NCBI RefSeq assembly: GCF_009914755.1
Contig: NC_060940.1
Length of the DNA stretch: 64,000 bases
Source: the human T2T-CHM13v2.0 reference genome, Homo sapiens
Direction: 5' to 3' (one strand)
The notes beneath the pieces are model-generated. The model did no database searches. It saw nothing but the letters and a program-made list of their open reading frames with translations, and was not told the DNA's origin. This document shows, in pieces, positions 14,001 to 29,510 of this stretch. How positions within the stretch are numbered: position 1 is the first letter of the stretch; every line of letters begins with the position of its first letter. Made by a program: the position numbers and the translations under genes.

Positions 14001-17000
14001 TAATGATTCCATTTGATTCCAGTCTCTGATGATTACATTTGAGTCCATACGATGATTCCACTCAATTCCATATGATGATGATTCCATTCGATTCCATTCG
14101 ATGATTCCATTCTATTCTATTCAATGGTGATTCCATTCGAGTACATTAGATGATTCCATTCGATTCCATTCAATGATGATTCTATTTGTGTCCCTTAGAT
14201 GATTCCACATGATTCCATTAGATGATGATACTATTTGAGCCCATCCAATGATTCCCTTCGATTCCATTCGATGAGGATTCCATTCGATTCAATTCATTGG
14301 TGATTCTATTCAATTCAATTCTTTGATTCCATTCCATTCCATTCGACAATGATTCCATTCGATTTCTTTCGATGATTCCACTCGATTCCACTTGACATTG
14401 ATTCCCTTCGATTCCATTCAATGATTCCATTTGATTCCAGTGGATGATGATTGCCATCGATTCCATTTGATCACTCCATTCTATTCCACTTGATGATGAT
14501 TACATTCGATTCCATTTGACGATTCCATCTGATTCTATTCGAGGATTCCATTTGATTCCATTCGATGATGATTCCATTCGAGTCCATTCGATGATATCAT
14601 TCGAGTACATCCAATGATTCCATTCGAGTCCATTTGATGATTCCATTTGATTCCATTTGATAATGATTCTACTAGAGTCCATTCAATGACTCCATTGGAG
14701 TCCATTCAACAATTCCATTCGACTCCATTTGATGATTCCATTGGATTCCATTTGATGATTCCATTCGAGTCCATTTAATCATTACAGTCGAGTCCATTTG
14801 GTGATTCCACCGGATTTCTTTTGATAATGATACCATTCAATTACATTTGATGATGATCCCATTCAATTTCATTTGATGATGATTCCATTAGAGTCCATTC
14901 GATGATTTCATTCGAGTCCCTTCATTGATTCCATCCGATTTCATTGGATGATGACTCCATTCGAGTCCATTCGATGATTCCACTCGATTCCATTAGATGA
15001 TTCCATTGGAGTCCATTTGATTGTTCCATTCGATTCCATTCGATTCCTTTCGAAGATTATTCCATTTGAGTCCATTCGATGATGATTCCATTCCATTCCA
15101 TTCGATGATTCCGTTTGATTCCATTCGATGATTCCCTTCGATTCCTTTCTTTGATGATTCCATTCCATTCCATTCAATGATTCCATTCGAATCTATTCCA
15201 TGATGATTCCTTTCGATTCCATTCGCTGATGTTTCCGTTCAATTCCATTCGATGATGATTCCATTCGATTCCATTCATTGAGGATTCCATTTGATTCCAT
15301 TCAATGATGATTCCGTTCTATTCTATTCAATGATTGCATTCAATTCCATTCAGTGATTATCCCCTTAGAGTAAACTCAACGATTCCATTCAATACCATTC
15401 GATGATGATTCCTTTTGAGTCCATTCAATGATTTCATTCAAGTCCATTTGATGATTCCTTTCAATTCCATTCTATGATGATTCCATTCGAGTCCATTCGA
15501 TGATTCCATTCGATTGCATTCGATGATTCCATTATATTCCAGTCAACAATGAATCCATTCGAGTCCATTCGATGATTCCATTAGAGTACATTTAATGATT
15601 GCTTTGTTTTCAATTCGAAGATGATTACATTGGATTCCATTCTATGATACCATTCGATTCCATTCAATGATGATTCCACTCAAATCCATTGGATGATTCC
15701 ATTCGTGTCCATTCGGTGATTTCCTTAGATTCCATTCGAGGATGATTCCATTCGATTCCATTCGATGATTCCATTCAATTCCATTCGAGGATGATTCCAT
15801 TCCAGTCCATATGATCATTCCATTTGATTTCATTCGATGATGATTCCATTCGATTCCATTCGATGATTCCATTCTATTCCATTCGATGATGATTCCATTC
15901 GAGTCCATTCGATGATTCCATTCGAGTCCATTTAATGATTCCATTGGGTTCAATTCAATGATGATTACATTGGATTCCGTTCTATGATTCCATTCAATTC
16001 CGTTCATTGACAATTTGATTCCATTCGATGATGATTCCATTTGAGTTCATTCGATGATTCTATTCGATTCTCTTCGATGGTGATTCAATTCTATTATATT
16101 GGATGATTCCATTCGATTCCATTTGATGTTGATTCAATTCGATTCTATTCGATGATGATTCCATTGGATTTCACTTGATGATTCTATTCGATTCCATTCA
16201 ATGATGATTCACTTCTCGTCCATTGGATGATTCCATTTCATTCCATTCGATGATGATTCCATTCGATTCCATTCGATGATTCCATTTGATTCCATGCGTC
16301 GGTGAGCAATTCGATTCAATTCCATGATGATTCTATTTGATTCAATTAGATGATGTTTCCATTCGAATCCATTCCATGATTATTCCATTGGAATCCATTC
16401 GGCGATGATTCCATATGAGTCAATTCAATGATGATTCCATATGGGTCCGTTCGATGATAATTCCATTTGATTTCATTCGGTGCTTCTATTCAATTCCAGT
16501 CGATGATGATTCCGTTGGAGTCCATACGATGATTCCATTTGATTTCATTTGATGATGATTCCATTCGATGATGATTACATTGGATTCCATTCTATGATTC
16601 CATTCAATTCCATTCGTTGATGATTCGATTCCATTCAATGATGATTCCATTTGAGTTCATTCGATGATTCTATTCGATTCCGTTCGATGGTGATTCAATT
16701 CTCTTATATTGGATGAATCCACTCGATTCCATTTGATGATTATTCCATTGGAGTCCACTTAGTGAATCCTTCAGATTCTACTCGAAGATGATTCCATTCA
16801 AGTCCATTCGATGATACCATTCAATTCCATTCGTTGATGCTTCCATTCAAGTGCATTCGATGATATCATTCGATTCCATTTGATGATAATTCCATTTGAT
16901 TCCATGCGATGATTCTATTCGATTCCATTCAATGATAATTCCATTCAGTTCAGTGATTCCTCTGGACTCCATTTGATGATGATTCCATTCAATGATTCCA

Positions 17001-17797
17001 TTCGATTCTATTCGAAAGTGATTCCATTTGAATCCATTTAATGATGATTCCATTAGATTCCATTTGATGATTCCATTCGATTCCATGCGACGATGGTTCC
17101 ATTCGATTCCATGTGATGATTCCATTCTATTCTATTCGATGATGATTCCATTCGATTCCATTCGATGATGATTGGATTCGATTCCATTTGATGATATCAT
17201 TTGATTCCATTCGTTAATGATTTCGATCAATTCCATTCGATGATTCCATTCGATTCCATTCGATGATGATTGGGTTTGATTCCATTTGATGATTTCATTT
17301 GATTCCATTCGTTAATGATTTCGATCAATTCCATTCGATGATTCCATTCGATTCCATTCGATAATGATTACATCCGTGTCCATTCAATGATTCCATTTGA
17401 GCCTGTTCGATAATTCCATTTGAGTCCAACCAATGATTCCATTCATTTCCCTTCAATGATTCCATTCGAGTCCATTTGATCATTCCGGTAGGGTCCATTC
17501 GATGTTGATTCCATTGGAGTGCATTCGATGATTCCATTCGAGTCTATTTTATGATTTGATTCGAGTCCTTTCGATGATTCCATTCGATTCCACTCGATGA
17601 TGATTTCATTCGAGTCCATTCGACACTTCCAATCGATTCCATTTGATGTTTCCATTCGAGTCCAATTGATGATTCCATTCAATTCCATTCGATGATGATT
17701 CCGTACGATTCCATTCTGTGATGATTCCATGTGATTGCATTCAATGATGATTCCTTTAGATTGCATTCGATTGTGATTCATTTCGTCTTCATTCTAT

Positions 17798-20700
17798 GGT
17801 TCCACTGGTTTCCATTCGTGTCCATTCCATTATTCCATTCTATTCCATTTGATGATGATTCCATTCGATTCCATTCATTGGTGATTCCACTCAATTCCAT
17901 TCAATGATTCCATTCCATTTCTTTCAACAATGATTCCATTACTTTCTAATCGATGATCCACTTGATTCCATTTGACGACGATTCCATTCTTGTCCATTCG
18001 ATGATTCCATTTGATTCCATATGATGATGATTCCATTCGATTCCATACCATGATGATTCCATTCGAGTCCATTCAATGGTGATTCCATTCAATTCCATTC
18101 GATGATTCCTTTTGATTCCATTCGATGATGATGGCATTCGATTCCTTTCAATCATACCCTTTGATTCCATTCAAAGGTGATTTCATTCAAGTCCATTCGA
18201 TAATTGCATTCGATTCCATTCTATGATGATTCCATTCGAGTCCATTTGATGATTCCATTCAATTCAAGTCAATGATGATTCCATTCGATTCCATTCGATG
18301 ATTCCATTGGATTCCATTCGATGATGATTCCATTCAAATCCATTCGATAATTCAATTCAAGTCCATTCGATGATGATTAAAATCGAATCCATTCAAAGAT
18401 TCCATTCAGTTCCATTCGATGATTCCCTTAGATTCCATTCGATGATTCCACTTGATTTCATTTACGATGATTCCATTTGATTCCATGTGATGATTCCATT
18501 CAATTCTATTCAATGCTGTTTCCATTTGATTCCATTCGACCATGATTGCCTTTGATTCCATTCAATGACTCCATTCGGTTCCTTTTGATGATGATTCCGT
18601 TCGATTCCATTTCATTATTCCATTTGATTCCATTGGATGAGTCCATTCGATTACATTCGATGATTATTCCATTCGAGTGCATAAGATGATTCCATTCGAG
18701 TCCATTCGATGATTCCATTCGATTCCATTCGATGTTGATTCTGTTCAAATCCATTCGATGATTCCACTCGATTCCATTCAGTGATGATTCCATTTGATTC
18801 CATCTGATGATGATTTCATTTGATTCCATTCGATGATGATTCCATTGGAGTCCATTGAATGATTCAATTCAATTCCATTCCATGTGGATTCCATTCGAAT
18901 TCATTCGATTATTCCATTCAAATCCCTTCGTTGATTCCATCTGATTCCACTTGACGATGATTCCATTCAAGTCCAATCGATGATTCAATTCGGTTCCATT
19001 CAGTGATTCCATTCGAGTCCATTTATGTATTATATTCGTGTCCACTTGATGACTCACTCCATTCAATTCCATTTAATGATGATTCCATTTGATTCCATTT
19101 GATGATTCAGTTCGATTCCTTACAATTATTCCCTACGATTCCTTTCTATGATGATTCCATTCGATTCCATTCATTGATGATTCCATTCGACTCCATTCGA
19201 TGATGATTCCTTTCGATTCCATTTGACGATGTTTCCATTTGAGTCCATTCGATGATGATTCAATTCAGTTCTGTTCTATTATGAATCCATTCGATTTCAT
19301 TCAATGCTTCTATTTGATTCCATTCGACGATGATTCCATCTCTTTCCCTTCGATGTTTCCATTTGATTCCATTCAGTGATGATTCCATTTGATTCCATCT
19401 GATGATGATTTCACTTGATTCATTTCAATGATGATTCCATTCAAGTCCATTCGATGATTCCATTGGAGTCCAAACGATCATTCCATTCGATTCCATTCAA
19501 TGATGATTCCATTCATGTCCATTCAATGAATCCTTTCAATTCCATTCGATGATGACTCCATTCGAGTACATTCGATGATTCCATTTGATTCCATTTGATG
19601 ATGATTACATTCAATTCCATTCGAAGATGATTCCATTCAATTCCACTTGATGATGATTCCGTATGAATCCATTCGCTGATTATTCCATTCGATTCCATTC
19701 ATTGACGATTCCATTTGATTCCATTCAATGATGATGCTCTTCTATTCCATTCGATGATTCCGGTCGATTCCATTCGATGATGATTCCATTAGATTCCATT
19801 CGATTGTTGCATTCGATTCCCTTCGATGATGATTCCTTTGAATTCCATTCGATTATGATTCCGTATGAATCCATTTGATGATTATTCCATTGGATTCCTT
19901 TCGATGATGATTCCATTCGATTCCATTTGATGATGTTTCTCATGTATTCCATTTGATAATTCCTTTCAATTCCCTTCGATGATGATTCTTTCGAGTCAAT
20001 TCGATGATTCTATTCCATTCCCTTCGATGATGATTCCATTTCACTCCATTCGATGATTCCATTCGATTCAATTTGGTGATGATTCAATTCGATGACATTC
20101 GATGACTCCATTCAATTTCATTTGATGATGATTACATTCGAGTCCATTTGATGATTGTATTCCTTTCCTTTTGATGATTATTCCATTCGTGTCTATTCAA
20201 AGATTCCATTCTATTCCATTCAATGATGATTCCAATTGATTCCATTCAATGATTATGGCTATCGATTCCACTCGTTGATTCCATTTGATTCCATTCGATG
20301 ATTATTCCGTTAGATTCCATTAGGAGATTCCATTCGATTTTATTCAATGATTCCAATTGATTCCATTCAATGATGATTCCATTCGACTCCATTCAGTGAT
20401 TCCATTTGAGTCCATTTGATGATTCCATTCGAGTCCATTTGATGATTCCATTCTTTTCCATTTGATGATGATTCCATTAGGGTCCATTCAATGATTCCAT
20501 TCGAGTCCATTCGTTAATGCCTTTCGAGTCCTTTTGATCACTACATTCGAGTCCATTCAATGATTCTATTCGATTCCATTCCATGATGATTCCATTCGAG
20601 TTCATTCGATGATTGCATTCGAGTCCATTTGATGATTCCATAAGATTCCATTCGACAATGATTCCATTCGTGTCCATTTGATGATTCCATTCATTTCCTA

Positions 20701-21865
20701 TCGATGAAGATTCCATTCGAGTGTATTCGATGATTCCATTCAAATCCATTCGATGATGATTCCATTCCAGTCCATTCGATCATTCCACTTGATTCCATTT
20801 GATGACTATTCCATTCAAATCCATTTGATGATTCCATTCGATTCCATTCGATGTTACCATTCCAGTATATACGATGATTCCACTCGATTCCATTTGATGA
20901 TTATTCCATTGGAGTCGACTTAGTGAATCCTTTAGATTCTACTCGAAGATGATTCCATTCGAGTCCATTCGATGATACCATTCAATTCCATTCGTTGATG
21001 CTTCCATTCAAGTGCATTCGATGATATCATTCGATTCCATTTGATGATAATTCCATTTGATTCCATGTGATGATTCTATTCCATTCCATTCAATGATAAT
21101 TCCATTCAATTCAGTGATTCCTCTGGACTCCATTTGATGATGATTCCATTCAATGATTCCATTCGATTCTATTCGAAAATGATTCCATTTGAATCCATTT
21201 GATGATGATTCCATTCGATTCCATTTGATGATTCCATTCGATTCCATTCGACGATGATTCCATTCGATTCCATTTGATGATTCCATTCTATTCTATTCGA
21301 TGATGATTCCATTCGATTCCATTCGATGATGATTGGATTCGATTCCATTTGATGATTTCATTTGATTCCATTCGATGATGATTTCGATCAATTCCATTCG
21401 ATGATTCCATTCGATTCCATTTGATAATGATTACATCCGAGTCCATTCGATGATTCCATTTGAGCCCGTTCGATAATTCCATTTGAGTCCAATCAATGAT
21501 TCCATTCATTTCCATTCAATGATTCCATTCGAGTCCATTTGATCATTCCGGTAGGGTCCGTTCGATGTTGATTCCATTGGAGTGCATTCGATGATTCCAT
21601 TCGAGTCCATTTTAGGATTTGATTCGAGTCCTTTCGATGATTCCATTCGATTCCACTCGATGCGATGATGATTTCATTCGAGTCCATTCGACACTTCCAA
21701 TCGATTCCATTTGATGTTTCCATTCGAGTCCAATTGATGATTCCATTCAATTCCATTCGATGATGATTCCGTACGATTCCATTCTGTGATGATTCCATGT
21801 GATTGCATTCAATGATGATTTCTTTCGATTGCATTCGATTATGATTCATTTCGTGTTCATTCTAT
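17798..21865 (+). repeat. Short (S) higher-order unit, 4068 bp
   Basis: Landmark spacing 17702 to 21770. It carries an alternative middle (about 18775-20875) with markers absent from L: tttatgtattatattcg, ccggtcg, tatggctatcg, ttagggtcc. Confidence 0.9.
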
Positions 21866-24800
21866 GGTTCCACAGGTTTCACATCGTGTCCATTCCATTA
21901 TTCCATTCTATTCCATTTGATGATGATTCCATTCGATTCCATTCATTGGTGATTCCACTCAATTCCATTCAATGATTCCATTCCATTTCTTTCAACAATG
22001 ATTCCATTAGTTTCTAATCGATGATCCACTTGATTCCATTTGACGACGATTCCATTCTTGTCCATTCGATGATTCCATTTGATTCCATATGATGATGATT
22101 CCATTAGATTCCATACGATGATGATTCCATTCGAGTCCATTCAATGGTGATTCCATTCAATTCCATTCGATGATTCCTTTCGATTCCATTTGATGATGAT
22201 GGCATTCGATTCCTTTCAATCATTCCCTTTGATTCCACTCAAAGGTGATTTCATTCAAGTCCATTCGATAATTGCATTCGATTCCATTCTATGATGATTC
22301 CATTCGAGTCCATTTGATGATTCCATTCAATTCAAGTCAATGATGATTCCATTCGATTCCATTCGATGATTCCATTGGATTCCATTCGATGATGATTCCA
22401 TTCAAATCCATTCGATAATTCAATTCACGTCCATTCGATGATGATTCCAATCGAATCCATTCAAAGATTCCATTCAATTCCATTCGATGATTCCCTTAGA
22501 TTCCATTCGATGATTCCACTTGATTCCATTTACGATGATTCCATTAGATTCCATGTGATGATTCCATTCAATTCTATTCAATGATGTTTCCATTTGATTC
22601 CATTCGACCATGATTGCCTTTGATTCCATTCAATGATTCCATTCGGTTCCGTTTGATGATGATTCCGTTCGATTCCATTTGATGATTCCATTTGATTCCA
22701 TTGGATGAGTCCATTCGATTACATTCGATGATTATTCCATTCGAGTGCATTAGATGATTCCATTCGAGTCCATTCGATGATTCCATTCGAGTCCATTCGA
22801 TGATTCCATTCGATTCCATTCGATGTTGATTCTGTTCAAATCCATTCGATGATTCCACTCGATTCCATTCGATGACTCCATTTGATCCCATTCGATGATT
22901 TCCTTTGATTCCCTTTGATGATCATTCCATTTGATTCAATTCGGTGATTTCATTGGATTCCATTCAGTGATGTTTCCATTCGACTCCATTCGATGATGAT
23001 TCCATTCGACTACATTCGATTATGATTTCATTCAATTCCATTCGATAAAGATTCCCTTCGAGTCCAATCGATGATTCCATTCGATTCCATTCAACGATGA
23101 TTTGATTCGTGTCCATTCGATGATTCCATTTGATTCCACTTGATGAGGATTCCATTCGAGTCCATTTGATGATTCCATTCAATTCCATTCTCCGATGATT
23201 TCTTTTGAGCCCATTCAATGCTTCCACTCGATTCCATATGATGATGACTCCATTCGATGAAACTCGATGATGATTCCATTCGCTTGCATTCGATGATGAT
23301 TCCACTTGAGTCCGTTAGAAGATTCTATTCAATTACATTCCATGACGATTCCGTTCGAGTCCATTTGATGATTCCATTAGACTCCATTCCACGATGATTC
23401 CATTCGATGTTATTCGATGATTCCATTCGATCTCATTCGTTGATGATTCCATTCAACTCCATTCGATGTTTCCATTCGAGTTCATTCTATTATTCCATTA
23501 GATTCCATTCGATGATGATTCCATTCGATTCCATTTGATGATTGCATTCTATTTCATTTGATGAGGATTCCATTCGAGTCCACTCGATGATTCCATTCGA
23601 GTCCATTTAATGAATCCATTGGTTTCAATTCTATGATGATTACATTGGATTCCATTCGTTGATGATTTCATTCGGTTCCATTCAATGATGATTCCATTCA
23701 ATTCCTTTCAATGTTTCCATTCAATTCCATACGATGATGATTCCATTTGATTTGATTCGACAGTGAGCCATTCGATTCAATTCCATGATGATTCTATTTG
23801 ATTCACTTGGTTGACATTTCCATTCGATTCCATTCGATGATGATTCCATTTGATTCCATTCAAAGATGATTCCATTCTAGCCCATTCAATCATTCCATTC
23901 GATTCTATTCAATGATGATTCCATTCATGTCGATTTGGTGATTCAATTTGACTTCATTTGATGATGATTCCTTTCAAGTTCATTAGATGATTCCATTCGA
24001 TTCCATTTGATGATGATCCCATTCGAGTCCATTCAGTGATTCCACTCGTTTCCATTCCATGATGATTCCATTCCATTCCATTCAATGATTCCATTCGATT
24101 CCGTTTGATGATGATTTCATTCGAGTCCATTTGATGATTCCATTTGATTCCATTCGATGATGATTCCATTCGAGTCCATTCGATGATTCTATTCGAATCC
24201 ATTTGATGATTTCTTTTGATTATATTTGGTGATGATTCCATTGGAGTCCATTCAATGATTCCATTCGATTCCAATCGATGATGATTCCATTAGAGTCCAT
24301 TTAATGATTCCATTTGATTCCAGTCTCTGATGTTTACATTCGAGTCCATACGATGATTCCACTCAATTCCATATGATGATGATTCCATTCGATTCCATTC
24401 GATGATTCCATTCTATTCTATTCAATGGTGATTCCATTCGAGTACATTAGATGATTCCATTCGATTCCATTCAATGATGATTCTATTTGTGTCCCTTAGA
24501 TGATTCCACATGATTCCATTAGATGATGATACTATTTGAGCCCATCCAATGATTCCCTTCGATTCCATTCGATGAGGATTCCATTCGATTCAATTCATTG
24601 GTGATTCTATTCAATTCAATTCTTTGATTCAATTCCATTCCATTCGACAATGATTCCATTCGATTTCTTTCGATGATTCCACTCAATTTCACTTGACATT
24701 GATTCCATTCGATTCCATTCAATGATTCCATTTGATTCCAGTGGATGATGATTGCCGTCGATTCCATTCGATCACTCCATTCTGTTCCATTTGATGATGA

Positions 24801-26074
24801 TTACATTCGATTCCATTTGATGATTCCATCTGACTCTATTCGAGGATTCCATTTGATTCCATTCGATGATGATTCCATTCGAGTCCATTCGATGATTTCA
24901 TTCGAGTACATCCAATGATTCCATTCGAGTCCATTTGATGATTCCATTTCATTCCATTTGATTATGATTCTACTAGAGTCCATTCAATGACTCCATTCGA
25001 GTCCATTCAACAGTTCCATCCGAGTCCATTCGATGATTCCATTCGATTCCATTTGATGATTCCATTTGAGTCCATTTAATCATTACAGTCGAGTCCATTT
25101 GGTGATTCCACTGGATTTCTTTTGATAATGATACCATTCAATTACATTTGATGATGATCCCATTCAATTTCATTTGATGATGATTCCATTAGAGTCCATT
25201 CCATGATTTCATTCGAGTCCCTTCATTGATTCCATCCGATTTCATTTCATGATGACTCCATTCGAGTCCATTCGATGATTCCACTCGATTCCATTAGATG
25301 ATTCCATTGGAGTCCATTTGATTGTTCCATTCGATTCCATTCGATTCCTTTCGAAGATTATTCCATTTGAGTCCATTCGATGATGATTCCATTCCATTCC
25401 ATTCGATGATTCCGTTTGATTCCATTCGATGATTCCCTGCGATTCCTTTCTATGATGATTCCATTCCATTCCATTCAATGATTCCATTCGAATCTATTCC
25501 ATGATGATTCCTTTCGATTCCATTCGCTGATGTTTCCGTTCAATTCCATTCGATGATGATTCCATTCGATTCCATTCATTGAGGATTCCATTGGATTCCA
25601 TTCAATGATGATTCCATTCTATTCCATTCAATGATTGCATTCAATTCCATTCAATGATTATGCCATTAGAGTAAATTCAACGATTCCATTCAATACCATT
25701 CGATGATGATTCCTTTTGAGTCCATTCAATGATTTCATTCAAGTCCATTTGATGATTCCTTTCAATTCCATTCCATGATGATTCCATTCGAGTCCATTCG
25801 ATGATTCCATTCGATTGCATTCGATGATTCCATTATATTCCATTCAACGATGATTCCATTCGAGTCCATTCGATGATTCCATTAGAGTACATATAATGAT
25901 TGCTTTGTTTTCAATTCGAAGATGATTACATTGGATTCCATTCTATGATTCCATTCGATTCCATTCATTGATGATTCCACCCGATTCCATTCGATGATGA
26001 TTCCACTCAAATCCATTGGATGATTCCATTCGTTTCCAATTGGTGATTTCATTAGATTCCATTCGAGGATGATT

Positions 26075-28100
26075 CTATTCGAGTCCATTCAATGATTCCA
26101 TTGGATTCCGTTTGATAATGATTCCATTAGAGTTCATTCGATGATTCCCTTCGAGTCCATTCGATTATTTCTTTTGATTCCATTTGATGATGATTCCATT
26201 CGATTCCATTCAATGATTCCATTCCATTCCATTCGATGATGATTCCATTCGATAATGATTACATTCGAGCCCATGTGATGATTCCATTAGATTCTATTCA
26301 ATGATGATTCCATTCGACCACATTCGATGATGGCATTCGAGTCCATTCGATGATTTCACTCGATTCCACTTGATGATGATTCCTTTTGAGTCCATTTGAT
26401 GATTACATTCGAGTCCATGAGATGACTCCATTCGATTCCATTTCATGATGATGCAATTCGAGGCTATTCGATCATCCCATTTTAGTGCATTCGGTGATTC
26501 TCTTTTATTACATTCGATGAGGGCTCCATTCGAGTCCATTCAATGATTCCATTAGATTCCACTCGATGATGATTCCATTTGAGTCCATTCAAAGATTCCT
26601 TTCGAGTCCATTCGATAATTCTATTGGATTCCACTAGGTGATGATTCCTTTCGAGTCAATTCGATGATTCCTTTCAAGTGCCTTCAATGATTCCATTCGA
26701 TTCCATTCGATGACGATTCATTTCAAGTCCATTCAATGGTTCCATTCTGTTGAATTTGATGGTTCCATTTGATTCCATTCGATGATGATTCCATTCGTGT
26801 CCATTGGATGATTCCATTCGATTCCTTTCGAGGAAGATTCCATTCGACTCCATTCGATGATTCCGTTCGATTCCATTCCATGATGATTCCATTTGATTCC
26901 ATTCCATGATTCCATTCGATACCATTCGATGATGATTCCATTCGACTCCATTTGATGAATCCATTCAATGCTTCCATTCGAGTCCATTCGATGATTCCAT
27001 TCGATTCCATTCCATGAAGATTCCATTCGAGTACATTTGATGATTCCATTTAATTCCATAGGATGATGATTCTATTAGGGTCCGTTGACTATTCCATTCA
27101 ATTCCATTCGAAGATTCCATTCGAGTCCACTCGATGATTCTATTTGATTCCATTTGATAATTCCATTCGATTCCATTTGATGTTGATTCCATTCGAGTCC
27201 ATTCGATCATTATTACATTTGATTCTATTCGATGATTCCATTCGATTCCATTTGATGAGGATTCCATTCGAGACCATTTGATGATTCCATTCAATTCCAT
27301 TGGATGATTCCAATATTTTCCATTAGATGATGATTCCATTCGATTCCATTCAATGATGATTCCATCAGAATCCATTCGATGATGACTCCTTTTGCTTCCA
27401 TTCAATGATCATTACATTCGGTTCCATTCGATGATGATTCCTTTGGATTCCATTCGATGATGCTTCCATTCGATTCCATTTGATGATGATTCTTTTCGAT
27501 TCCATTTGATGATGATTCCATTTGATTCCATTCGATGGTGATTCCATTTGATGATTCCATTCGATTGTATTCGATGATGATTCCACTCGATTCTATTTGA
27601 TGATGACTGCATTCGATTCCATTTGATGATTCCATTTGATTCCATTCGATGATGATTCTGATCAATTGCATTCGATGATCCATTCGATTCCATTTGATGG
27701 TTCCATTTGATTCCATTTGATAATGATTCCTTTCGAGTCCATTCGATGATTCCATTTGCGGATATTCGATAATTCCATTTGAGTCCAACCGATGATTCCA
27801 TTCGAGGCCATTCAATCATTCTTTTTGAGTCCTTTCGATAAAGATTCCATTTTAGTCCATTCAATAATTCCACTGGAGTCCATTCGATGATTGCTTTTAA
27901 TTCCATTCGATGATATTCCATTCGAGTCCATTCGATGATTCCATTCGTTGCTATTAGATGATGATTCCATTCATGACCATTTGGTGATTCCATTCGATTT
28001 CATTCGTTGATGATTCCATTCGAGTCCATTCCATGATTCCATTCAAGTCCATTTGATGATTTCTTTGAATTCAATTCGATGATGATTCCATTCGAGTCCA
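26075..28100 (+). repeat. Diverged HSat2 block present once in the window
   Basis: Private k-mers (gagcccatgtg, gaggctattcg, gagggctcc, ccactaggtg, ttgcggatattcg) were not seen elsewhere. The ORF artefacts at 26294-27993 have no counterpart in the track. Confidence 0.85.
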
Positions 28101-29510
28101 TTCGATGATTCCATTCAGTTCCATTCGATGATGATTCCTTTCGAGACCATATGATGATTCCATTTGATTTCATTCGATGATGATTCCATTCGATTCCATT
28201 CGATGATTCCATTCTATTCCATTCGATGATGATTCCATTCGAGTCCATTTAATGATTCCATTGGGTTCAATTCAATGATGATTACATTGGATTCTCTTCT
28301 ATGATACCATTCAATTCCGTTCATTGACAATTTGATTCCATTCGATGATGATTCCATTTGAGTTCATTCGATGATTCTATTCGATTCTCTTCGATGGTGA
28401 TTCAATTCTATTATATTGGATGATTCCATTCGATTCCATTTGATGTTGATTCAATTCGATTCTATTCGATGATGATTCCATTGGATTTCATTTGATGATT
28501 CTATTCGATTCCATTCAATGATGATTCACTTCTCGTCCATTGGATGATTCCATTTCATTCCATTCGATGATGATTCCATTCGATTCCATTCGATGATTCC
28601 ATTTGATTCCATTCGACGGTGAGCAATTCGATTCAATTCCATGATGATTCTATTTGATTCAGTTAGATGATGTTTCCATTCGAATCCATTCCATGATTAT
28701 TCCATTGGAATCCATTCGGCGATGATTCCATATGAGTCAATTCAATGATGCTTCCATATGGGTCAGTTCGATGATAATTCCATTTGATTTCATTCGATGC
28801 TTCTATTCAATTCCAGTCGATGATGATTCCGTTGGAGTCCATACGATGACTCCATTTGATTTCATTTGATGATGATTCCATTCGATTCCATTCGATGACT
28901 CCATTCTGTTCCATTCGATGATGATTCCATTCGAGTCCATTCGATGATTCCATTCGAGTCCATTTCATGATTCCATTGGGTTCAATTCGATGATGATTAC
29001 ACTGGATTCCATTCTATGATTCCATTCAATTCCATTCGTTGATGATTCGATTCCATTCAATGATGATTCCATTTGAGTTCATTCGATGATTCTATTCGAT
29101 TCCGTTCGATGGTGATTCAATTCTATTATATTGGATGATTCCATTCGATTCCATTTGATGATGATTCCATTCGATTCCATTCGATGATGATTCCATTTGA
29201 TTCCATTTGATGTTGATTCTATTCGATTCTATTCAATGATGATTCCATTCGATTTCATTTGATGATTCTATTCGATTCCTTTCGATGATTCTATTCCATT
29301 CCATTCGATGATGATTCAATTCTCTTCCATTGGATGATTCCATTTTATTCCATTCGACGATGACTCCATTTGATTCCATTCAATGATGATTCCATTCGAT
29401 TCCATTCGGTGATTCCATTTGATTCCATTCGACGGTGAGCAATTTGATTCAATTCCATAATGATTCTATTTGATTCAATTAGATGATGTTTCCATTCGAA
29501 TCCATTCGGT

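Larger units (their letters stand above)
3570..17327 (+). repeat. Near-identical tandem block of 6135-bp higher-order (L) units, about 2.2 copies
   Basis: Identical ORF artefacts recur at an exact +6135 offset (4577/10712/16847; 6603/12738; 8806/14941). Landmarks fall at 5432/11567/17702. Identity breaks near 17328 (gatcaattcc versus gatcagttcc). Confidence 0.95.
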
